Shown here one piece after another: positions 50,608-59,957 of a stretch of 64,000 bases of DNA. The stretch covers positions 128,001 to 192,000 of the IMG/VR virus record IMGVR_UViG_3300001528_000580. One strand, 5' to 3'. The notes beneath the pieces were generated by a model that saw only the letters and a program-made list of their open reading frames with translations, was not told the origin of the DNA and did not search any database. Source of the stretch: a virus (lineage: Duplodnaviria > Caudoviricetes). Position numbers and translations under genes: made by a program. Within the stretch, counting starts at the first letter, position 1. Each line of letters begins with the position of its first letter.

Positions 50608-50608
50608 A

Positions 50609-51604
50609 TTAAAAGTTAAAATTTGTATTACTTCTCATATATTCTTTAAACTCTTGACGACATTTTTGAATATCTTTAAGAACATCATTAAAATTATGTG
50701 ATTTAATGAAATAGCACAAATGTTTAATAAAATCAACTTTATTCATTAAATTTTCAATGTCAGTAGTCGATTTAAAAAATCTAAATTCTAATGTATTTTT
50801 TGATGTAAGATTAAGAGAATCATGATGTTCACTTGTATCAGATCTCCCCCAACAACTTACAGTTTTACTTCTTTTTATACAGTATCTATTAAATGCTCTT
50901 TCTCCTACAATAGACATCAAATCAGAAAACTCATTTACAATAAAATCGGCAGTTCTAATATTATCATCTTCAAAAAAAGAACGATTTACGTGAAAATGAA
51001 TACCACAATTATCTGTAGATTGAATATCAAGTTCTTTCAATCTTTCAAATATACTTCTCCACGGCATAATTGATTTATGTGCCATTGCTGTTGCAGGATG
51101 ACTAACAATTTCAAATCCATAATTGGGAATACTTGTATCATATTTAGAATAAACATGTGGATTTTTAAAAAATTCATACAAAAACTTTTCAGCATTTGAT
51201 TTTTCTCCACCACTAATTTCATATTCAATACCGATAAACAAGTCTTCATCATCTTTCATTTTATAAAAAATTGGCTCTGGTTTATAGAAGTAATCTCTGA
51301 TATATTTTGGATTACGACAATCATAACACAAACACCATGATGTATCACGATCAAATACATTTCCACAACTTTCGCAAATGTTCAGATTTTTTTTACAATC
51401 ACAACAAAGAAATTTGCAACCACCTTCATTTAACCAAATCCGGTATGAACAATCTTTTTCAAGAAGAATATTACAGTTACAACATTCTTCATAAGATCTT
51501 AAATCACAGCACTTTTTACAAATTTTAATTCTTTCAACTCCCAAATCTTTTACAATTTCTACATCGATTGTGGCGTTTTTAGAATTACAGAAGAAACAAT
51601 TCAT
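50609..51604 (-). CDS. Putative amidoligase, paralog 8 (6 CxxC)
   Basis: GIEYEISGG, KYDTSIP.YG, EIVSHP, CGIHFH, SLN..TLEFRF. Confidence 0.85.
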   Translation of the reverse strand: MNCFFCNSKNATIDVEIVKDLGVERIKICKKCCDLRSYEECCNCNILLEKDCSYRIWLNEGGCKFLCCDCKKNLNICESCGNVFDRDTSWCLCYDCRNPKYIRDYFYKPEPIFYKMKDDEDLFIGIEYEISGGEKSNAEKFLYEFFKNPHVYSKYDTSIPNYGFEIVSHPATAMAHKSIMPWRSIFERLKELDIQSTDNCGIHFHVNRSFFEDDNIRTADFIVNEFSDLMSIVGERAFNRYCIKRSKTVSCWGRSDTSEHHDSLNLTSKNTLEFRFFKSTTDIENLMNKVDFIKHLCYFIKSHNFNDVLKDIQKCRQEFKEYMRSNTNFNF

Positions 51605-51608
51605 CTTA

Positions 51609-52562
51609 TCAATCCTTATATTTGATATTTAATAATTTAATAATATTTTCTTTTGCTTGTTTATTGTGTTGTTCATAAACTGAACGATATATATCTTTAT
51701 TACTTAAATCTGTAAGAAATTTTTTTCTTCCATTGTAAAATTGTTCTTTGGTTATAAAGGTCAAATATTCATTTTCAATATTTTCATCAGCATTACATAA
51801 TTTATCGAAATTATAAAAATAAGAATAATCTAAGTCATGCATGATATTACAGAGTTTCATTATCATGTTAAAAAGTTTTGGACTATCACAAAATAAATAT
51901 TCTTTTTTTTCTTCAAATGAAATTGTACTTTTAATAATACTAGATGCAATATCTGTTTCTTTGCTTTCAATAATATTATTTTGTAATTTAACAGTTGATT
52001 GGTATTCGTTATCATTATCTATTGCTCCTGGAACATAAACACAATCATGATAACAAATTGCAGCACAAAGAATATTATATTCTTCATTTGTAAGATCAAT
52101 ATGTTCAAGTTGATTAAGTAAATCGATAATATGATCAATATTATGATAGTTATTGGAATTATTATAAAAACGCTTTGCTTTATTAAATACGATTTGTTTA
52201 AAAATATTTTTTTCAAGAATATATGGATTATATTCTTTTTTTTCACCAGAATCATTAATACAGACAAAAACTAAATCTGTGGACAAGACAATTTGTTCAT
52301 TTCTTACAACTTGAATTTTAAATGAGAGAGATGTTTTTCCGCAACATGGTTCATTAACAATAAATTTAATAACATCATTTGCGTGTACCGGATTGTGAAA
52401 AATTGTTTCTGCTATCTTTAAAGTTACAAATTTTTCATTTGGGAATAATTCTCTTGTAAAAAGAGCACCTGCTTCATCAATCCAATCAAGCATTCTTCCA
52501 CCATAGAGATTATTATTCAATCCAATATCAAAATTTTTCACTAAATGAGTTGTAATAAGCAT
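51609..52562 (-). CDS. Hotdog acyl-CoA thioesterase fused to an HD-type phosphohydrolase
   Basis: N-terminal NNNLYGGRMLDWIDEAG and GKTSL; C-terminal YHNIDHI, YHDCVY, DNE..S, DLDYS. Confidence 0.8.
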   Translation of the reverse strand: MLITTHLVKNFDIGLNNNLYGGRMLDWIDEAGALFTRELFPNEKFVTLKIAETIFHNPVHANDVIKFIVNEPCCGKTSLSFKIQVVRNEQIVLSTDLVFVCINDSGEKKEYNPYILEKNIFKQIVFNKAKRFYNNSNNYHNIDHIIDLLNQLEHIDLTNEEYNILCAAICYHDCVYVPGAIDNDNEYQSTVKLQNNIIESKETDIASSIIKSTISFEEKKEYLFCDSPKLFNMIMKLCNIMHDLDYSYFYNFDKLCNADENIENEYLTFITKEQFYNGRKKFLTDLSNKDIYRSVYEQHNKQAKENIIKLLNIKYKD

Positions 52563-52594
52563 TTCAAAAATCCCTTTTATGTTTCAATATAAAT

Positions 52595-52622
52595 AATATA
52601 GCACATAAAAAGAGAAAATCAA
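52595..52622 (-). promoter_or_regulatory. Sigma70-like promoter of thioesterase-HD and amidoligase 8
   Basis: TTGATT-N16-TATATT with TGTG extension. Confidence 0.75.
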
Positions 52623-52643
52623 CCATATATATAATTATTTTAG

Positions 52644-52964
52644 TTATTTTTTTGATTGTAAAGAAGATATTTCAGTTAACAACTTGTTATAATTATTTAT
52701 CTTTTTACAGATATCTTTTTTAAGTTCTAAAAATAATTTATTTTTATAATCATCATAATTTTGATTATCAATTGATGCAATTTTATAACTATTATTTTCT
52801 TTAATAACATTACCAATAATTTCATTATCAATTTCAAATAATTTTTTTAATCTATCATTATATAAATACATATAATGATTTCCATTTTTTCTAACATTAG
52901 AAAATTTGTGTTCTAATAGTTTTAATTTATCACCAAATGATAACTCAATGATTGTAATATCCAT
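52644..52964 (-). CDS. Hypothetical protein
   Basis: Coupled ORF. Confidence 0.55.
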   Translation of the reverse strand: MDITIIELSFGDKLKLLEHKFSNVRKNGNHYMYLYNDRLKKLFEIDNEIIGNVIKENNSYKIASIDNQNYDDYKNKLFLELKKDICKKINNYNKLLTEISSLQSKK

Positions 52965-53563
52965 TATATATTTAACTCTATTTGTAATTGATAATCTTGC
53001 ATAAAATATGTTTTTAATTTATACTTTTTTTGCAAGTAAAATCTTATAAACATAATATTTTCTTTGAAAACCAATTCATTTATATCTAAATCTTTGTAAC
53101 TAATAATTATAGAACTTGAAAATATATTATCGTCAATTTTTAGCAAGTAATAATGACAAATATTGTTTTTTATAAAATCTTTTATTTTACTTACAATCAT
53201 TTTTTCATTATCATTGTATTTTTTCAAGTTTTTATTTATTCTTTTATTGATTTTTGTACAAGTATTGATTGTAACTTCAAATTTTTCAAATTCTCTATCA
53301 TATTCTAAAACAATACCATATTTATCTCTAATCTTTTTTATTATATATGATATTGCATAATCATTATTTAAATAATCATCAAAAAATGAAATTGAATTTT
53401 TAGATATAATGCATTTATTAACATCAAAATTATTTTTAATCTTATTTGCTATATATTTAGGTAAAAATTCATTGATAAACTTTGATATATTATTGTTTAA
53501 TCTTTTTAAAACTTTTCTTTGTTTTTTCTTGTATGTTTTTCTTAATTTATCTATTGTATTCAT
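52964..53563 (-). CDS. Hypothetical protein, possibly internally duplicated
   Basis: Two similar halves (..FI...CIIS..KYGI / ..FI...IIIS..KYKL). Confidence 0.55.
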   Translation of the reverse strand: MNTIDKLRKTYKKKQRKVLKRLNNNISKFINEFLPKYIANKIKNNFDVNKCIISKNSISFFDDYLNNDYAISYIIKKIRDKYGIVLEYDREFEKFEVTINTCTKINKRINKNLKKYNDNEKMIVSKIKDFIKNNICHYYLLKIDDNIFSSSIIISYKDLDINELVFKENIMFIRFYLQKKYKLKTYFMQDYQLQIELNI

Positions 53564-53574
53564 TTTTATACCAA

Positions 53575-54150
53575 CTAAGAATTTAAATAATTACAAATAT
53601 CTTGTGCAATTTCAGAAGTAATACCTATTTCTTCTTCTGTTTGAAAAAATTTGGCATTATTAGGTATTCCGAATCCAGCATCTTCTCTATCATCAATTAC
53701 TGCACACTTTTCAATGTGTCCAAATGTATTATTAAATAACCACATTCTGATTTCTGAACCTCTTGCACAACTTCCGCTAAAATATTGTTTAGATAAATCA
53801 GGAGTATAACCAATTAACCTATTTCCTGGAAGTCCTCTTCTATTAAACATTTCTTTTGCATCTTCAATATTACTATATCTTTTCAACTTTCTCCATGTAC
53901 TACTCCAAAGAATATTTGCATCAGTTTTTTCACAAATATCATAAATTATTTTTGCAAGTTCTGGAAAAACCAATTCTTCACAGTTACAAAATTCTTTAGC
54001 ATATTTACTACGAACTGCTTTTCTTAATTTTTCATAGTCACAAGAATATTCTGGATTATTTTCTAATTCTTTAAATTTGTTATTTATCCAATTTCTAATA
54101 AGATAATTCGAATTAATTACACCATCCATATCTAAACAAATTAGCTTCAT
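53575..54150 (-). CDS. HAD-family 'Swiss Army knife' RNA-repair-type phosphatase domain
   Basis: LDMDGVINS, ILWSSTWR, RGSEIRMWL, AVIDD. Confidence 0.85.
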   Translation of the reverse strand: MKLICLDMDGVINSNYLIRNWINNKFKELENNPEYSCDYEKLRKAVRSKYAKEFCNCEELVFPELAKIIYDICEKTDANILWSSTWRKLKRYSNIEDAKEMFNRRGLPGNRLIGYTPDLSKQYFSGSCARGSEIRMWLFNNTFGHIEKCAVIDDREDAGFGIPNNAKFFQTEEEIGITSEIAQDICNYLNS

Positions 54151-54365
54151 AATTTTACCTTTTGTTTGTTATATTCTTTTAATAATTTGGATTTATCAAG
54201 TTTATCTCTACTCCAATTCATAGCAAGAATACAAAAATCAATCTTATTTTGTATACCATACCACTCAATTAAATCATGAACAATTAATTCATAATCATAT
54301 TTTCCAATTTCATCTTTACAATATTCTTCTAATTTTTTCATTTTATTAATCCATTCATTCCCCAA
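54147..54365 (-). CDS. Hypothetical protein
   Basis: Coupled ORF. Confidence 0.55.
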   Translation of the reverse strand: MGNEWINKMKKLEEYCKDEIGKYDYELIVHDLIEWYGIQNKIDFCILAMNWSRDKLDKSKLLKEYNKQKVKL

Positions 54366-54925
54366 ACACGATGCTTTTCTCTTATTATCTCATTACAACC
54401 TTCTGGTTGATCAACTTCCCATTCAATATCATCAGGAATTTCAACAACTTTCATAGGATATTTACCATACCAATTTTCTTCATCACCAGAACATGTTTCG
54501 CAATATTCTTCAATTAATTTAATTAAATTTGGATCTGTCCTGTTTTTATCATTAATATCTAAACCATAATGACTAAAGTTAAAATGTTCATTAAATAACA
54601 TAGTATATTCTTCAATATTATTATCATTTTTTTCTAATAATGAAAATAATATTTCATTTTTTTGAATTAATTTTAACTCTTCATTATTGCAATAATAATA
54701 ATTACAACAATTATCGTTAGGTTTCATTACCTTGTAAGTATGTGAATAGCAATCTACATTTTTTTTAATATGTTTATCTTTGTATTTTTCTATATCATCA
54801 GATGTTAGTTTCACTGACTTAATATAAATTGGAAACATATTTGTAATTCCATTTAATTCAAACCATCTTTTTTGTACATAATATGGAACTTGTGATTCTC
54901 CTAATCTACATAAAATTACTTTCAT
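54338..54925 (-). CDS. Conserved phage hypothetical protein
   Basis: RTDPNLIKLIEE, KVVEIPDD.EW, E.IREKHR.W. Confidence 0.7.
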   Translation of the reverse strand: MKVILCRLGESQVPYYVQKRWFELNGITNMFPIYIKSVKLTSDDIEKYKDKHIKKNVDCYSHTYKVMKPNDNCCNYYYCNNEELKLIQKNEILFSLLEKNDNNIEEYTMLFNEHFNFSHYGLDINDKNRTDPNLIKLIEEYCETCSGDEENWYGKYPMKVVEIPDDIEWEVDQPEGCNEIIREKHRVWGMNGLIK

Positions 54926-54934
54926 AAAAAATCC

Positions 54935-55300
54935 TCAATTTATTTTATATTTATCACAAAAATTAAAAACTTCATTTTTTAAATAAGGATAATATTTGAT
55001 GCAAGTTTGACGTGCATTCAGTGGTTTATCTGGTTTCGTAAATCTAGCACTTTCCCAATCAAATATTGCTTCTGAAATTCTAAACCAACCTATAATATTT
55101 TTTGGGTGATGCCAAGAAAACATACGATGTATTTTACTAATCATTTTATCAGGAATAAATAACAACATCATAATCATTTTATCCATATCATGAATATAAG
55201 TTAAAAGAGTATTACGACCAATATATTGTTTTTCAATACGAATCACTTCTCTACGGTGGGCAATATTATAATTTAACTTATATTTTAATCTTTCAAACAT
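54935..55300 (-). CDS. HD-like conserved phage protein
   Basis: H...IHDMDK...HR..S.HH...DWESARFTKPDKPLNAR. Confidence 0.7.
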   Translation of the reverse strand: MFERLKYKLNYNIAHRREVIRIEKQYIGRNTLLTYIHDMDKMIMMLLFIPDKMISKIHRMFSWHHPKNIIGWFRISEAIFDWESARFTKPDKPLNARQTCIKYYPYLKNEVFNFCDKYKIN

Positions 55301-55336
55301 GTTTATCCCTTTTATTTTTATATTGCAATATATAGT

Positions 55337-55364
55337 AATATAGCATTATTTTTTCTTTTTTCAA
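55337..55364 (-). promoter_or_regulatory. Sigma70-like promoter
   Basis: TTGAAA-N16-TATATT with TG extension. Confidence 0.75.
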
Positions 55365-55402
55365 ATTTTTAAATAATTTTCTTTCTTTAAAAAAGGAAAA
55401 AT

Positions 55403-55750
55403 ATGAAATATAGTAAAAAATTATTATTAATTGCAAAAATATTATTTGCAAATGATAAAATTATTCAAACTATTTTAGATGCTGCTGTTAATAAACATGC
55501 TGTCAATATGGACTATGTAACTAAAACAGCAAATGAGTTAAAAAATTATATTGTAGTTCCATTAGAAATAAAACAGAGAAAATTAACAAATGGAACTACA
55601 ATGGTATTATATGCTGAAGATATAAATGATGGAAATAGAACAAAAACTTTTATTTTAAAAAATATTAAAAGAATTAATGAATTAGATAAAAGTTTTAGAA
55701 CAAAACACCCAATAAAAATACATCAAAAATTAGATAATTCATCAAAATAA
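55403..55750 (+). CDS. Leader-bearing WYL-like domain protein
   Basis: V.M.Y, YIVVPLEI, LYAED, KTFILKNI pattern; N-terminus MKYSKKLLLIAKILFA. Confidence 0.65.
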   Translation: MKYSKKLLLIAKILFANDKIIQTILDAAVNKHAVNMDYVTKTANELKNYIVVPLEIKQRKLTNGTTMVLYAEDINDGNRTKTFILKNIKRINELDKSFRTKHPIKIHQKLDNSSK

Positions 55751-56016
55751 CTTTTTGCAATATCAAAGTTATTAAAGTATTTTTTTGTTATATTATCAGT
55801 ATTATTATTTTTATAATACATTGATATAACAAACATTTTTTTATGTAAATGTTCAACATATTCATAAGAAAAAACATATTTAAATTTATCATTTCTTACA
55901 AACACATCTATTTCATCATCAATTATAATGTATATTGAATCATTTCTTATGTTAGATTCATCTTTTACATATATATAATCAATGTCATCTTTATATAAAA
56001 TAACATGATCAAACAT
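55723..56016 (-). CDS. Hypothetical protein
   Basis: ORF downstream of amidoligase 9. Confidence 0.55.
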   Translation of the reverse strand: MFDHVILYKDDIDYIYVKDESNIRNDSIYIIIDDEIDVFVRNDKFKYVFSYEYVEHLHKKMFVISMYYKNNNTDNITKKYFNNFDIAKSYFDELSNF

Positions 56017-56030
56017 TTTTATACCTACTT

Positions 56031-57050
56031 TTAAAATATTTTTCTAGCTTTAGCTTTTTTATATAATAAATTATATTTATCTTTATTGTTAAAGATATAT
56101 GATGCATACTCTGCAACAGTTTTATTATTTTCCCATACAGAAATAGTTTTTATAAAATTAATTAAAGAATGTACTAATTGGAGTCTTTCAATAAATGTAT
56201 TATAACAAAAAGTAGAACTAAAAATTCTAAATTCAATAGTATTTTTACCCATAAAATTTATCATTTGATATCTATTCATTGATTTTCCCCAACCATCATT
56301 ATGTTTATTTGCTCTATAACAATAATAGTTAGGATTTCTGCCTGTAAAATTTCTCATGAATTCAAAATTATTATAGAAAAATAAATCAATATTTCTATTA
56401 TCTTTTTCAGTTAATATATCTTTATTAACATGAACATGCATACCGCATCCTCTTCTACTATTAATTTTGTAGAGAGATAAATCTTTCATTATTTTGTTCC
56501 AACCAAGTTTATTTTCATGAAATTTTAATGAACATGGATGACTAACAATTTCAACACCATATGCAGGTATACTACAATCACTTTTAAAATATAATAATTT
56601 GTCTGATATATCATCAAAATATGATCTACAAAAATTATTAACATTTTCTATTTTATCACAACCACCCACTTCTAATTCTACACCCATAAATATATTATCA
56701 GTATCATTTTCATCTAAATGAAATACTGGTTCAGGCTTATAAGAATATTGGAAAATAGGGTGTTTAAAACAATTGAAACAAACATTTTCATAATCAGTTT
56801 TAAAATTATCAGTAATAAATTTATTACAAATTTTACATACAGATAATTTACTAGAACATTCTTTACATATCAATAAATTATAACAACTTATATATAATTC
56901 ATTTACTTTAAAACAATTTCTACATAACTCACACCGACAAAAATTAAATGAACAACGTAAACATAAATATGCTTCTTTTTTAAACTCACCGTTTATCATT
57001 ACATTTTCATACTTTTTACCTTCATGATTATGACATTCAAAACACAACAT
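56031..57050 (-). CDS. Putative amidoligase, paralog 9 (6 CxxC)
   Basis: GVELEVGG, KSDCSIP.YG, EIVSHP, CGMHVH, RYQMIN..TIEFRI. Confidence 0.85.
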   Translation of the reverse strand: MLCFECHNHEGKKYENVMINGEFKKEAYLCLRCSFNFCRCELCRNCFKVNELYISCYNLLICKECSSKLSVCKICNKFITDNFKTDYENVCFNCFKHPIFQYSYKPEPVFHLDENDTDNIFMGVELEVGGCDKIENVNNFCRSYFDDISDKLLYFKSDCSIPAYGVEIVSHPCSLKFHENKLGWNKIMKDLSLYKINSRRGCGMHVHVNKDILTEKDNRNIDLFFYNNFEFMRNFTGRNPNYYCYRANKHNDGWGKSMNRYQMINFMGKNTIEFRIFSSTFCYNTFIERLQLVHSLINFIKTISVWENNKTVAEYASYIFNNKDKYNLLYKKAKARKIF

Positions 57051-57113
57051 ATTAACTTACCTTTAATTTACTTTTTTTTATATTTTACTTTAAATAAAAA
57101 ATGAGGTTCAATT

Positions 57114-57302
57114 ATGAGAAAATTAGCAAAAGAATTAAAGAAACTTGCAAATGAGTTAAACATGTTTTTTATAGCAGAAGATCTTGAACAAATGAGTGAA
57201 GAATTAAAGGAAGCTGTTTCCGATAAAACTCAAGATAACTTCATGAAAAATATGAAAAACATGATGAAAAAAAATAAATTTAATGTCACTCAAGGCAAGT
57301 AA
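57114..57302 (+). CDS. Small leader-bearing protein
   Basis: MRKLAKELKKLANELNMFFIA; GAGG RBS; bidirectional terminator. Confidence 0.65.
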   Translation: MRKLAKELKKLANELNMFFIAEDLEQMSEELKEAVSDKTQDNFMKNMKNMMKKNKFNVTQGK

Positions 57303-57308
57303 TTTATC

Positions 57309-57340
57309 AAATGGCTATCAAAAAATTTGATAGCCATTTT
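57309..57340. terminator. Bidirectional terminator
   Basis: AAATGGCTATCAAA/TTTGATAGCCATTT. Confidence 0.85.
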
Positions 57341-58533
57341 TATTTTCTTATAGATAATTTCATTTCTTTTGCATATTGATTAATAAAATTTAAATTTTCT
57401 TTGGATACAACCTTATTATATTTTTCTTTCATTTGAACAATACTATTGTTATTAAGATTAATTTCAATTGTAACTCTTTGTGTAACATCACTTCTTAAAG
57501 ATACAATTGCACATCTTCCATTTTTACAAGAGCTAATATAACTATAAACGCAATTACATTGTGATTGTCCCTCTTTTTTTAATTCTTGTGCTTTTGTTAA
57601 TTCTATAAATTTAACACTATCATTTAATGTATAACTTAAACCAAATTCATCCCATGATGAATTATCATTTCTTGTATTTTCTCTTGTTAATTCATTGTGC
57701 CACTCCTCACAAAGTCTAATCATACTATTAATATTTCTTCCTGAAAGATTAAATTTATCTATATTATTACCATTAATTATATAATCTAATATTTCTGTTA
57801 TACAATTATAATCAAATAATGGTTGTTTTGATAACCATGTACAAAATCTTCTTGAAAAATTAATAACTCTACTTTTATCATAATTTGCAAAAGTCTTTTT
57901 ATCAAAATAACTCGATATTTCCATTGATAAATCAATATTACAACTTTGTGCTCTTGCAAATAAATAAACAAGAAATCCTAATTCTGAATCGAATGGATAA
58001 TTAGTTTCATAAAGGTACTTATTTTCAGTTTTAGAAAGTCCATATACTTTTCTGGCAGAAGTACCATTTCCAATTAATATCGTTCTTTCTAAAATTGGAT
58101 TTTCAACAATAGAATAAGATTTTCTCCAAAAATTATAAAAACATGCAGGAACATTATATTCAAAAATATAATGAAAAATAAACTGATTTAACTGATTATC
58201 ATAATTATGAGATTTAAAGTTGATATTATCATCTATATTATCTTTTATATAATTATTAAAAATAGATAAATTTTTTAATACACGAAAAAAATCATTACTT
58301 CTATCAGTTTTATTTGCAAAATAACTATAATTACGATTCAGCCGTTCTTCTGAACACTTCATTTTATTTTTTATTGCAGAAGTTATTAATCTAGAAAAAC
58401 AAGATAAAACCTTATCATCATTTCTTGAAATATAATCAATATTTACATTCCATGAATCTAAATGAAAATTTTTCAAATATTTTTTTGGTAAATTGATAGG
58501 GTATTTTTGAAAAATTAAAACATCTTGCATCAT
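57340..58533 (-). CDS. PcfJ-like protein
   Basis: EWH, EL....L.KEG..Q.NCVYSY...C..G...I.SLR, TIEI, IVQ...YN. Confidence 0.8.
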   Translation of the reverse strand: MMQDVLIFQKYPINLPKKYLKNFHLDSWNVNIDYISRNDDKVLSCFSRLITSAIKNKMKCSEERLNRNYSYFANKTDRSNDFFRVLKNLSIFNNYIKDNIDDNINFKSHNYDNQLNQFIFHYIFEYNVPACFYNFWRKSYSIVENPILERTILIGNGTSARKVYGLSKTENKYLYETNYPFDSELGFLVYLFARAQSCNIDLSMEISSYFDKKTFANYDKSRVINFSRRFCTWLSKQPLFDYNCITEILDYIINGNNIDKFNLSGRNINSMIRLCEEWHNELTRENTRNDNSSWDEFGLSYTLNDSVKFIELTKAQELKKEGQSQCNCVYSYISSCKNGRCAIVSLRSDVTQRVTIEINLNNNSIVQMKEKYNKVVSKENLNFINQYAKEMKLSIRK

Positions 58534-58536
58534 TTG

Positions 58537-59391
58537 TTAAACCTCAATGATATTAAAAATTACTTTTTGTGTATAATAAAAATAATCATTTCCTATATTC
58601 CAACAATGAGTTAATTCATTACCAGAAATATAATCTTCCATTGCTGGTAAATGTGTGTGACCACTTATCGATACATCAACATGAATATCATAATCACGAA
58701 ATAAATTTCCATGTCCACTATATACATTCCAAATAGAACTTGGTTTATGTGTATTGTAAGCGTTTAATCCATATAAAGGAACCATGTGCGTAATAAGAAT
58801 ATTATCTTTATGTTTAATAATTCCATTTTTTATTTGTTCAATACATTTTTTATTTTCTTTTAATGCATCAAAATTTATAATACTTGCATCTAACCATCCT
58901 TCATCTATATTTTTAACATAATTTAATGCATCTTTTCTGTTTGAACAAGAACCATCATACCATAGAACATTTCCTACAAAATTAATGGTATCAAATTCTA
59001 CATTTCCTACAATATCAAGGCAATGTATATTATATTTATTTCCATTTTGATTTTCAGCATAAGTAAATGCTTCAATAGTTTCTTCAATAGAATTATGTGC
59101 AAACTCATGATTTCCTAAACAAAAAATTATAGGAATATCACAGATAATTTCATTTGTACTTCTTGGAGTAAAGAAATTATTGATAAATTTATATAGATTT
59201 ATTGGTTTAGCACTTCTATGTTTATAAAAATAAACATACCTTTCAACAACATCACCTGATATTGTAATAACATCAGGCTTATATGTATTAATTGCATTTT
59301 GTATCTGCATTTTTTGTGCAAACATATAAAAATCATTTCTATCATTTTGTGATAGATCGATATGTAAATCTGCGAGAGCTAATATTTTCAT
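58537..59391 (-). CDS. Calcineurin-like metallophosphoesterase
   Basis: ADLH, SGD, GNHE, THMVP, GHTH. Confidence 0.9.
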   Translation of the reverse strand: MKILALADLHIDLSQNDRNDFYMFAQKMQIQNAINTYKPDVITISGDVVERYVYFYKHRSAKPINLYKFINNFFTPRSTNEIICDIPIIFCLGNHEFAHNSIEETIEAFTYAENQNGNKYNIHCLDIVGNVEFDTINFVGNVLWYDGSCSNRKDALNYVKNIDEGWLDASIINFDALKENKKCIEQIKNGIIKHKDNILITHMVPLYGLNAYNTHKPSSIWNVYSGHGNLFRDYDIHVDVSISGHTHLPAMEDYISGNELTHCWNIGNDYFYYTQKVIFNIIEV

Positions 59392-59430
59392 TTTATTTCC
59401 TTAATAAAAAACATATTTTTTCTTTGCATT

Positions 59431-59458
59431 AAAATAGCATGTTTTTTAAAAAAATCAA
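59431..59458 (-). promoter_or_regulatory. Sigma70-like promoter
   Basis: TTGATT-N16-TATTTT with TG extension. Confidence 0.65.
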
Positions 59459-59468
59459 GTCATTTTAT

Positions 59469-59957
59469 TCAAATGAGTTCAAATTTTTTCAATAATTTTT
59501 GTTTTACCCAAACATTCGGTATAATATAATGATGAGTTAAACCGAAATCAAGATAATCATCATTTGGTAATTTATCACTTTCAAGAAATTTATTGAAATA
59601 TTCATTCAATACATAGCCAACTGCTCCACTTCTGCTAATTCCTGCTGTACAATGAATAAGTAATGTTTTTGTTTTATCAATCTTATTAGTTACAAAATCA
59701 AATATTTTATCAGCATCATCATCTGACATTAATACAACACCTTCCATTGGTTTATCCCAATCATGAAAATATTCAACAAGAACATTATCATTATCTAAAT
59801 ATTTTCTAGAAAAAGGTGGTTCTTCTCTAATAATATTTCTTGGTTTATATTCAGGAGTATTAATTGATATGACATTAGACTTTTTAAAAACTAATGCTTC
59901 TTCATCTGTTCCTTTTATGTTTATAAAATATTTTCTTGGTAACACTTTTATTCTCAT
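59469..59957 (-). CDS. Protein tyrosine / dual-specificity phosphatase
   Basis: HCTAGISRSGAVG P-loop; F.D loop; PN. Confidence 0.9.
   Translation of the reverse strand: MRIKVLPRKYFINIKGTDEEALVFKKSNVISINTPEYKPRNIIREEPPFSRKYLDNDNVLVEYFHDWDKPMEGVVLMSDDDADKIFDFVTNKIDKTKTLLIHCTAGISRSGAVGYVLNEYFNKFLESDKLPNDDYLDFGLTHHYIIPNVWVKQKLLKKFELI

Noticed and set aside
1167-53621. Many short antisense or alternate-frame ORFs in the track (e.g. 2494, 4920, 15942, 16300, 34695, 45614, 46282)
   Set aside because: They overlap well-supported genes and have F/I/L/M-rich shadow composition
4293-57050. Diversity-generating retroelement as the source of amidoligase variation
   Set aside because: No reverse transcriptase in the window and no template/variable repeat pair with adenine-specific differences
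26395-57302. Reading the shared leaders as Sec or lipoprotein signal peptides
   Set aside because: They lack an uninterrupted hydrophobic core (internal K/E/R) and a lipobox
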